This document shows, piece by piece, positions 52,400 through 62,696 of a DNA stretch of 64,000 nucleotides (within the stretch, counting starts at the first letter, position 1; the number at the start of each line of letters is the position of its first letter). This stretch comes from Blasia pusilla (Eukaryota): the NCBI GenBank assembly GCA_050084515.1, contig CM114271.1:27962001-28026000 (forward strand). Reading direction: 5' to 3'. The notes below the pieces were generated by a model. That model saw nothing but the letters and a program-made list of their open reading frames with translations. It was not told where the DNA came from and did no database searches. Made by a program: the position numbers and the translations under genes.

Positions 52400-53810
52400 C
52401 TCAAAGAACTAGAGTCGATCGATTCTAGCTTCGATTGTGGATCAGTAGGATCTGGTTAGGGTTGATTGTGTACTCAGCCGTGGATGTTCGTGGCTTGTGG
52501 CCTATGTTGGAGGTGTGAATCTCGTGGGTGGTTGGTTGGGAAAGAAGCGCCTTGCTAAGAGCTTTCCAACTCGCTTTAGATCGCTGGATTTCATCAAGGA
52601 ATTTGGAAGTTATCAAGGATTGAAGATTCTGGTTCGTGTTCGACGGTTTTCTGATGTGGAGAGCTTGCAGTGCGGAAGCTCTGTTGAATTTCATCCAGAT
52701 CAGGTGAGAGTTTCCTGTTGCTACTTGTATTGTGATCTCGTATGAAGCTATCTGCTCGAGTGTGTGGAGTGTTGCGGATTTCTGCGTGCATGAAACTGGG
52801 CGGAAGCGCTGTCGGATTTGCAATTCTGGAGGTGTATGGACAACCAGTTTGTCTGATTTTTAGCTCGGAGTACAAAGCTTGGTTGTAGCTGATTTTTTGT
52901 GGAGAGATAGCTATGGTGGACAGCGGATTAGAGAGGCTGGTTGGTTGGTGACTCGTTCATTGTTGGAGATGCCTATCCCGTTGGGGGCGCCCTGGTTGGG
53001 CCTCTCCCCACAGCAAAGCATGGCGAACGGGGCATGTCTCGAGCATTTCTCGGCATTTCGAGGCTTCGAGGCAACTCGTGGTAGCTCGGGGCGAGTGGGC
53101 GTGAGAGGCAGAGTAAGGAGCAAGGAGCAAGCAAGCAAGCTTGCTTGCTTGGGCGTGAGGCAGTTTTTGCAAGATTTGTGATTTGAGTGTTGCATAACTG
53201 GTCACCCATCTTTGGGCTATTATGCCTGGAGGACGCTTAACTGCTGAGTTCTTAACTATGTCAAGGTACACACTGGTGTAGCTCATTTGGTGCTCTTTGG
53301 AGATGTGTTAGGCGCTTTATGCATCTTAGGTTTTTTATTGATGTACCTCTAGCGCATAGTACGGTGTAGCCTCTCCATGCAAGTGATATTTTCAGGTGTT
53401 GCGAGTCCGACTAGCACGTCATCGACCCGCGGCGGAGTAGCTATTGCGTTAGAATTGTGTGGTGGGTTCTGTGGATTCAGGGGGCGCCACATTTGGTGGA
53501 TTGTGTTACCTTGATTTCCATTTGCGAGTGGAGGGTTGTCGTTGGACTTCCTGTGTTTGAATCCCCTCCATCGTTGCTTCTTGCTTGCGCGCCCATTGTT
53601 AGGGTTGACGCTGATTTCCAGAGTAGTGTTACTCCTGTGTGCTATCGGTAGTGAGGCTATAGTGATGACCAGCAGACCGTGGGAGGCTTTTTGTGGTGAT
53701 GACAGGTTGGGTTGCCTACACCCATAGCTAGTAGAGCTAGAATAGTATAGCGACATCGACGTCACTTGGTTACTTAGTGGTGGTAATTTGGTGGTGGTGC
53801 GGCATCGGCG

Positions 53811-55300
53811 TTGGTCATCACGGAGCTGTCGGGTGGTCTGGTTGGGGACCGTGGTGCAGACAGTGGTGGTTTCACACGGAGTGGATTTAGGTATCGGCTA
53901 TCTTTTCCACTTTCGACGGTTGATGAAGAGGAGGACGAGGGTGTTCCAAACACCGAGTCTTCTACGTTTTTATCGAGTGTTGCAGCTCCATTGATTTGGG
54001 ACATGGACGGGATATATGGGTCCATGAAGGGCCCACGACGATACTCGAGTGCAGTGGGCACCATTGAGTTGGAGGACTTCATGCAGGAGTTTGATACGTG
54101 GTGTGATATGCAGATGTTGCGGAACGCCACTTTGTTTACACCCTTCTTGGTTTGGAAGGGGTTGTTTCAGCACTTGGAGGGACCACCCATGGATGATAAC
54201 CATGAGTTAAGGAAGGACCATGTTGCTGAGATTAAGGCATGGAGACAATATTGGTCTCCAGGCTATGTGTCTATCACCCATGGTGGTATTGGTAGTAGTG
54301 CTCCTACTATGCCATCCAGCCCGACGTTGAGTGGTACGAGTACGAGCCGGAGTGGGGGTACCAGTGGAGGTACCAGTGGGGGTACTAGTGGAGGTACTAG
54401 TGCCCCACCATCGTTTAGCCCGGTTGCACAGTTCTTCAAGAGGTTGAAGAAGAACTATCAAGGAGTGAAGACAGAGAAGTTGAGGAGTCTTCAAGAATTT
54501 GAGCGAAAGATTGGTGAGAGTCTTCGTGAGGCATACACTCGTATGCGACGCTTAATTTCAGTTACCAGGTGTGGCGAGGCTCAGCGATCCAGTTTTGGTA
54601 TGGGATCTTGGGGAGAGAGTTGCGCCAGTAGGTACGTGATGCTACTCTTATGAGTGATGATTCACCCACATTGACCCATGTGTTTGCTCTATCTGAGAGG
54701 ATTGAGCTTAACATGGTGAAGGAGAGAGTGGTGACATCCGCATTCAGTAGGGATACAACTACTACTTCTCGTGTTCAGCAGCCCACCTCACAGTCTCGTA
54801 GTAGTGGTGGTGGTAGTAGTAGTGGGAGTCGTGGTCGTAGAGGGACACTTGCGCAGAGACCATTGCCTTTATTTGCTGCCCCGTAGCAAGGACAGTCATG
54901 TTGGACATGTGGAGATGATCATGTTAGGAATTTTTGTCCCCAAGAGGATGGGAGACGGACTTTGGAGGATGGGCCTCAGTCGGCACCAACTCAGTGTGAT
55001 CATTGAGGGAGACCAGGTCATCCTCGAGAGCGTTGCTTTGATCTTCATCCAGAGTTGAGATCAAGCCGCGGTCGTGGTGGAGTAGCTCCGAGAGGCCGAG
55101 GTGGTAGAGGTGGACTAGTGGTTGGAGCGCCTACGGTGGCCACCCCTACCACTACGACAGAGTCAGCTATGGCTGCCAGGATTGAGCAGTTGGAGCAGAA
55201 GTTGGCTACTATGGCTGGTATCCAACATAGATCAGGTTCGGGAGGAGGGGCTTCCACCTCTTATGGAGGGGATTATCTCTCTTATATGGCGAAAGAGTGC
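53811..55300 (+). pseudogene. gag with two zinc-knuckle remnants
   Basis: Retrotransposon gag-like GESLREAYTRMRRL; CWTCGDDHVRNFC and CDH*GRPGHPRERC; GGTS repeats. Confidence 0.75.
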
Positions 55301-55773
55301 AAAGACGTTGAGTTGAGGCATCGATTTGCGATTCTGAGAGGAGCCACTCGGCGTCGAGCCACGTGGTGATCTTGTGGAGTTGGACCCATAGAGGGGTGAG
55401 GTGGGGAGGCGGCTAGGCTTCCTGGTCATTCTTGTTGTCTCGAGGTGCTTAGGACTCCATCCATGGTTCCTATGCAGCCTATTGAGCCGACAGTGGGGAT
55501 CGAGGCATCTACATCGCGTGTAGTAGACACGGATGCAACATCTAGTCTTGATTGCGGATGGCAACCAGTGTTGGGATCCCCATTGTTTTAAACCCACGGA
55601 GGCGATGGCTTTAGGAGTTGACTTAGCTCATGTATTTGACTCTCGGACCACGTTGTGTGAACGTGGGGTGTTATTCTTGCACGTCTTTGAGGTGGATGAG
55701 GGTGTTGCGGTGGAGCAACCCTCTATGTCGTGTAGCATTGAGTACCAGTGCTACTTAGCGAGCGGCGGCGAAG

Positions 55774-56240
55774 ATGGATGCATTACCACCGGCCACCATT
55801 GATCGTGAGAGGCTTACACCTGGTGTATGTATGTTGGACAACTGGAGTGGGATATTCCGATTGGTGAGTCCTACAGGACAGGTGTATAGACCAGATAGAG
55901 TCTTGTTAGACTCTAGTGCCCAACCTTTGATGTTGGGAAAGGCGGCATATATTGGTTTGGGTATTCGGAGGTCAGAGCTTGAGCCTTGCCCATTCCAGAT
56001 TCAAACATCGCTTGGAGGAGCCAATGATAGGTCTCAATTCATTACACGGGAGAAGTTTTATGAACAGTTGAGACCAGATCATGCGATTGATAGCTCCCGG
56101 TTGGGAGTATCTGCGGTAGTCACATCAGCCGAGTCGTATGATGTACTAGTTGGAGGAGCAGTATTGTACCCGATGGGTTTTCAGATGGATTCTTTGGTGA
56201 GACACATCTTATAGACCTGGTTGGCAGTCCGGGGATGGAC
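55774..56240 (+). pseudogene. retropepsin-like aspartic protease
   Basis: VLLDSSAQ (DSG-like) and YDVLVGGAVL (xxLG motif). Confidence 0.75.
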
Positions 56241-56619
56241 GTATGAGCCATGTTCCTGTGAGATTTATTTATGGGGCTCGACGAGGAGGGTCTTCCCCAA
56301 CAGTGTTAGCATCTGTGGCTGGTTTTAGTGGAGTAGTCACTTGGCCAGGAGACTTTTTGGAGGGTAATGTTTCTGCTATGGATTCTCCTATGCATGAGGA
56401 GGTAGAGGAGGTCCCTATTTTTGCAGCACTGGCATCCTCATCGTTGGATGTGCCACTTTGGAGTTCAGGCGGTGCACTACGGCAGAGGCGTCGCCTAGTG
56501 CAGAGGCTTGGTGTGAGGTTATACCTCACGAGGAAGAGGAGGCCTCACGGCGGACTCCTACTTCTGGTCCAGTTGGGTTATCCCCTTTGGATACTACAAC
56601 CATTGTATGGCAGTATCCG

Positions 56620-57560
56620 CCGGAGGGCATTTGTGTGTTAGATCTCTTTGGTGGAATTAGCACTGGTTTGGCTGCAGTGTTGCAGGCCGGTATTCTTGTG
56701 CGGAGATTCGTGTATGTGGAGCGAGATGAGACGGCCCAGAGAGTCTCATCCTGACATATTGGTCAGTTAATGGGGAGATATCCTGAGTTGTTGCCGCCAT
56801 CAGCTATTCGTGGGTACCAGCGTGCTTTGCCGTCACACATTTCATTGTTGGGGGCGCAGGACCTTGAGAGGGTTGGCCCTGTGGATTTGGTGATTGCTAG
56901 ATGGCCATGTTAGGGTCATACACGTGCTGCTCGTGGTGAGGGATTACACGACCCTAGATCTCGATTGTTTTGGGAGATGTTACGGGTATTACGATATCTT
57001 CAGGTTCATCAGGCACGTGCTCTAGCTTACATTCTGGAGAATGTTCCATTGTTGGGTGACACTCTGACCCGGATGATGGCGAGTGTTCATGAGGTGCGGT
57101 CTTGGATCGGACCAGCGGTGTTGTTGGATGCTGCGCAAGTTGGCTCGCGTGCACATCGTCCACGCTTGTGGTGGACAAACTTGTTGCCTAGGGAGGTTCT
57201 ACGTCGAGCATATGATGCAGTGCAGCGGGATCCTTGCCTTACAGTGGAAAGTATCTTGGACACTGGGCGACTTTCTCAGGTGGTGAGGGTTATTGATCGA
57301 TCACCCATGGCAGTGGTGAACCGTGTGGGCCAACCTAGGATGGCACTACCCACATTTGTGAGTTTTCCCTCATCACATGCATACAGGGACGGTGGTCATG
57401 GGCTTGTATGGGATTCTCATATGCGACAGTTGGTGAAGCCTAACGCTGATGAGAGAGAGCGTGCGATGGGATTTGCTACTGGTGTGACAGCGGTTTCTTC
57501 CATTTGTGAGGCTTCACGACGTCATGTGTTGGGTCAGGCCATGGACTTGAATTGTTTGAC
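56620..57560 (+). pseudogene. C5 cytosine DNA methyltransferase domain (DNMT3/DRM-like motifs), in frame with RT, with two premature stops
   Basis: Motif I VLDLFGGISTG; II YVERD; IV VDLVIARWPC*G; V DPRSRLF; VI ILENV; VIII RAHRPRLWWTNL; IX ERERAMGF; X RRHVLGQAM. Confidence 0.9.
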
Positions 57561-57869
57561 TTGGATTTTGAGTCTTGGTATGGCCGAGCAACGTCAACTC
57601 TGGACTATGTATGTGGGTCTTCCACCCCTTGTAATGAGCTCGATGGCTACAGGGACGGTAGGGGCATCGGCTGGGGGCGAGGAGAGTAGTATTTTGCATC
57701 CTTGGAGTAAATGGGATGTAATGGTTGGGCATGTGGAGTTTGTTGCTCATGCTGGTAGAGGAATTATTTGCTCAGATGATGGTGTAGCTAAGGGTGTACC
57801 ATCTTGTGAGGGGGTTATGAGTGACCTATGGCATAAATCCTCTCCCTCTAGTGTGCCAGTGGAGGAGAC

Positions 57870-59250
57870 TTGGGAGCCATTACTTGGGCCCAAGTTTACG
57901 GGAGGTGAGAAACGACGCTTGACACAGTTCCTACATGCTTATAGGAGTTGTTTTTCCTTTAGCATAAAGGAGTTGGGTTCTCTGGTGGGACCCGGTATAC
58001 GGATTGATTTGGCTAGTGATACGCCAATCTTCCGTCGTCCCTACCGATATTGTGACATGGAGAGGGACCTAATTCAGAGTAGGACGTTGGACCTTTTGGA
58101 GGCTGGATTAGTGGAGTTGTCGCGTGGAGAGTATGCATCAGCCACTGTGATGCCTGCTAAAAAGGATATGCATGGCAACTACACGGATAGGCGGATGTGT
58201 GGAGATTACCGTCCTATCAATCAGCAAACCAAGGCCGATAGGTATGCCATGCCTACACCTGAGGAGATCTTTGATGTGGTGGGACAGGCAAAGATTTTCT
58301 GTGCTTTGGATCTTCGGGCAGGATACCATCAATTGCCGATTCGGGAGAGTGATAAGGCCAAGACATCATTTTGGGGTGTCAACTCTCATGGCAAGGATTG
58401 TTTGTACCAGTGGAAATTCTTACCCTTTGGGTTGAAGAATGCATCTGCCGAGTTTTAGAGAATGATGGACAGGATCCTAGTAGGGTTGGATTTTTTTCGG
58501 TGTTACATCGATGATATCTTGGTGTTCAGTAACACGGTGGAGGAGCATCAGATACATTTGCAGATGGTGTTTGAGCGGTTGAAAGCTCATGGTCTACGTT
58601 TGCATCCAAGAAAGTGTAAGTTCTTCCATGAGGATGTTGAGTACTTGGGTCATGTGATCTATCCAGGTGGTTTGGGAGTTCAGCAAGCAAAGGTGGAGGC
58701 TATTGCACTTATTCCGCGTCCGGTAGATGTGAGTAGAGTTCAAGCATTCATGGGATTGGCAAACTACTATCGGAGGTATGTGAAGAGATTTAGTGCTATG
58801 GCAAAGCCTTTGAACCAATTGCTGAAATCAGATCAAGAGTGGCATTGGGGAAATGATCAGGAGAGAGCTTTTGTGGAGCTTAAGGCCAAGTTGGTGGCAA
58901 CGCCTATCTTGAGGAGACCTATCAGAGGGCGCCCATTTCAGTTACACACTGATTGGAGTAGGTTGGGACTTGGAGCGGTGTTGACACAACATGATGATGA
59001 GCACATGGAGTTTGTGGTGGTTTATGCAAGTTGTTCGAATAATGCAGCGGAGTCGCGCTATAGTTCATATGAGGGAGAGTGCTTCGCAGTAGTGTGGGCT
59101 GTGGCACACTTTAGGTGTTACTTGTTTGGCATATAGTTTACCCTTGTTACTGATCACCAGCCGCTTAAGTGGTTGATGAAGTCTGACAAGCTTACAGGGA
59201 AGCTTGCACGATGGGCTCTTATCTTACAGGAGTATGACTTCCAAGTGGTA
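57870..59250 (+). pseudogene. Ty3/gypsy-type reverse transcriptase and RNase H
   Basis: RMCGDYRPIN, LDLRAGYHQ, LPFGLKNA, YIDD, KCKF...YLGH, LHTDWS, YSSYEGE, TDHQPL, LARWAL; stops at 58456 and 59134. Confidence 0.95.
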
Positions 59251-59699
59251 CATAGACCTGGAGTTGCCAACCTTGATGCTGATGGGTTGAGTAGGAACCC
59301 ATGTACTAGCCAAGAAGATACAACATGGGCTAGATGGCATGGCGAGGTTGTTGAGGAGATGGTGCCAGGTTGGCATGCATCCGCCTTTTTATGTTGGTTA
59401 GGGGTGGACTATAGTATGGAGGACCACATGATATCTTACTCTAGTCAGAGGGTAGATGGCCAGCCTTCAGATCCTAAGGTGGGAGATGGTGGTACGGATC
59501 AACGTGATATTCATGATGATGCATTAGTGTTGGAGTTCCTACGGACCAGTAGGGTACTAGGCATAGTGAGTGCCAAGGAGCAAGACCGTGTTCTTCAACG
59601 TGCTAAGAGGTATCAATTGGAGGGAACACATATTCTCCGTGTGTGGGAGGATGGTAGAGTACGAGTAGTGCCGCATTTGGCGAGAGAGAGCGCACAGCG

Positions 59700-60919
59700 A
59701 CATGCCCATGAGGAGTTGGGACATTTTGGGGTAAAGCGTACGTATAGCTTACTCCTTGGTCAGTATTGGTGGCGTGGCATGCATCGAGGTGCAGCGATTG
59801 GTGTCACATTGTATGGTTTGTGACCGGGTGAGGGCATCATTCAATGCCCCTACACCACGATTATACCCTTGCCTATTATGGGGTTGGAGTTCTTTGTTGG
59901 AGTGTGGACTTTTGGGACCGTTACCGTTGGATGCGACATCATCGATATGTGTTGGTGATGGTGGAGCACTTCTCCATGTGGATTGAGTTGGTGGCATTAC
60001 GACAAGGCAAGTGAGGAACGGCGTATGCGTTTCTTGATAGAGTGCTTAGTCATTTTGGTGCACCGGTTGAAGTCTTTGACCGACTAGGTACAAAGTTTGT
60101 GGTGAGTTTGGTCTTGTGTGACAAGGCATTGATTGATCATCGGACCACGTCTCGAGATCATCCGAGGCGGATGGTTTGGTGAGCCTGTGGTTGAGATGGT
60201 GAAGAGGGCATTGCGCAAGTATGGCCTCTGAAGGACATCTTGGAGACCAGGATATTCGGTTGCAATGGTTAGCCATAGGGTATAGGTTCGATCGCCAAGC
60301 ATCCTTGGCTTCCTTCTCACCTTATTTTTACGTTATACGGCCGAGATCCAGACTTGCCAGCAGCAATTCGTCGGGAGTCTAGTGAGGTGGTGAACCTTGA
60401 TGACCCAGAGATGTGGATGAGAGGGCAGAGCTCTTTCGGAGAGTTAAGCCAACAGCCTTTGAGAATCTTGCCATTGCTCAACATAGAGATACGTTGTGGT
60501 ACGCAACCATTCGGGGTGGAGGTTATCGACCATCGATTCGTAGGTTCCATGTGGGAGACTATGTCTATTTGGAGCAGATTGCACCGAAAACCTTGGATGT
60601 GACGGCAGGCCGCACTATTTTACGATTGCGCGAGGTGTTAGCTTCTGGAGTTCTCATGTTGGAGGGTTGTGATGGAGTTGTTTGGAAGGACCATGTACGT
60701 AATTGTGTGCCATGTCATCTTCCAAATGTGGATGGTACTGTTGACCCAAGCTTAGCCATGATACGTGCTAGCTTGAGGTGCATATTGTGTGGGTCTGCTG
60801 GTAACGCAACCCGTATGTTGGTGTGTGATTGGTGTTCTAGGGGTTGGCACATGATGTGTTTGACTCCACGTATGGATGTTGTTCCTACTGGAAGGTGGGT
60901 TTGTCCTCGATGTACTTAG
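59700..60919 (+). pseudogene. integrase with C-terminal PHD finger (60779-60913)
   Basis: HEELGH...YWW...CMVC; frameshifted core; FHVGDYVYL module; CILC...VCDWCSRGWHMMCLTP...WVCPRC (C4HC3). Confidence 0.9.
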
Positions 60920-61055
60920 GAGAGGTAGATGACTTGATCTTTGCATGATATGGATTACAGATGTGCGACTAACGATGGGGCAACCTAGCACGCGGCCTTC
61001 TGATTCGTGCACCCAAGAAGGTATATAGCATGTAGTAGATGTATAGGGCTACCTG

Positions 61056-62088
61056 TGTCGTGCGCCTACTCTCCTTGAACGTTAATCTTGTTTGTTGCGG
61101 AAGCGTGCGTTCAGTAGGTCACGCTCTCAACGCTGATCTGCATCCAAACACGCACTTCGGTTAGTCGGGTCTTGGATCAATCAGCGGGATTACTTTCCGA
61201 GTTCTCGTCTCGGACTCTCTCTTTAAGCTCAACCTTCCTAGTTTCGCGGTTTCCAACACGGGCAAGTCTCGAAAGACTTGGGACAGACTTTCTGGTCGGT
61301 TCAGGAATCTGAAACGGCATTTCGCGCCTAGCGGTTCCAACTATCCGATGAACATCCAATGAGTTCCTCACCAAGACTCGCACGAAGTGAATCTCGGGTT
61401 GGAATCCAAGTGTGGCGTACAAAGTCCACTCCCTTGGATCAGGTTTGGGTTTCGGGTTTCCGCGCCAAACTCCCGTTTCATCCCGTGCCTCTGAAACGCC
61501 GTTTGGCGCCCAAAGTGGGGTTTCGTTTCCCGAGACATCTCAGAGAAGGTACTCCCCTTACTAGTACTTCTGGGGATCTCCGGGGGCCCCCTACATTTAG
61601 GGAAAGACACCCGGGCCTCTCCAATTGGCCCTCAACCCGATTGCTCTCTGAATTGTTTTCGGCCAATATCTCAGCCTATACTTATGCGTTTGCTAAGATC
61701 TTTGGTGCGTTGGAAGCGTCTTGAGATCAGCTTTCCAACGCGCTCTTACTTGTCCCAAACGCATCTTGGAGCTCAACGTTATGGTCCTAAACACAGTCAG
61801 ATTCTCCCAAACGCTAGTCGTGTTCCAAACTGGTTCTCACCTCTTTGGCAACCAACCTCCAAGACTCAACTCATCTCAAGTCTGGGCTCGCGTTTGGTCT
61901 AGGTTTCCTGGTCGCGACCACTAACGCATGAAACGCACAACTCTGTTCCGCGTTTCATCTCTTAGACTTTTCCAAGAGACTCTTCCAAACGCCTCTCCAA
62001 AGCGCAAACCTCGCGGCATGAGTTCCTTTGAGTTCTGATGTTTCGCTTGGCGCGTATTTGGTGTTGTTTGGTTATGAGGGTCGCGACA
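61056..62088. mobile_element. solo LTR (1033 bp) nested in the 3' UTR of copy 3
   Basis: Ends TGTCG...CGACA; 5-bp TSD ACCTG (61051-61055 / 62089-62093); absent at the matching position of copy 2 (~6955). Confidence 0.85.
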
Positions 62089-62129
62089 ACCTGGGAGTTA
62101 GAGGGACGTTACTTCCAGTTAGGGGGGCG

Positions 62130-62696
62130 AGTTGTGGTACACTTGTGTTTGTGGATGCTCTCGTCTATGTTATGTATGTATGTGAGTATGGTATGTCAGC
62201 GATGTATGTTGTATGACGATATGGATTCGCACGACAGCTGTCATGACCATACGGATTATGTCGTAGAGTATAGTGTGCTAGTAGAGGCCATACCTTATAT
62301 AGGGCCGCAGTGTTTAGGTAGAGATGTGATTTCATACATAGGGTTGGGGGTTACTCAGTTGAGGGAGAGTTTTCCAGTAGGGCCCGCTCTTAGGTTGGAG
62401 GATATAAGGTGGAGCAATTCTTTGAGTTGAGCCTGTTGCGTTGGGAATTAGCCTTGGTAGTGAGTAGAGCTCTTGGCTATGGTGTTTCCCGCAAGCTTTG
62501 ACCTAGATTCTCCCATCGTGGAGTGGGTTTGGCTCGATTGTATGTGATTCTATACGTGTTTTATGACAGTAGGTCTTTCACGGATTTCAAGTTGTGGTAC
62601 ACTTGTGTTTGTGGATGCTCTTGTCTTTGTTATGTATGTATGTGAGTATGGTATGTCAGCGATGTATGTTGTATGACGATGTGGATTCGCACGACA
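62130..62696 (+). repeat. B1-GC-A2-B2 terminal repeat block
   Basis: B1 (62130-62236) and B2 (62590-62696) are 107 bp with 3 mismatches. A purine tract AGGGGGG lies just before B1. Confidence 0.95.

Larger units (their letters stand above)
52033..62696 (+). mobile_element. full-length DNMT/PHD-carrying Ty3/gypsy-like retrotransposon with split direct repeats (copy 3)
   Basis: Ends TGTCATG...CACGACA; 4-bp TSD ACCC (52029-52032 / 62697-62700); A1 52033-52399, B1 62130-62236, A2 62239-62589, B2 62590-62696; order gag-PR-DNMT-RT-RH-INT-PHD. Confidence 0.93.

Noticed and set aside
56620-57560. DNMT as a host gene or bacterial restriction-modification contamination
   Set aside because: It is intronless, in frame with RT, inside a TSD-bounded element and present in a second diverged copy.
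60920-62120. Extra 3' ORF (env or tyrosine recombinase) in the retroelement
   Set aside because: The space is a nested solo LTR with a 5-bp TSD; no recombinase or env motifs were seen.
52033-62589. Conventional LTR pair A1/A2
   Set aside because: There is no TSD at the A2 end; the TSD and the host TIR resume only after B2 at 62697.
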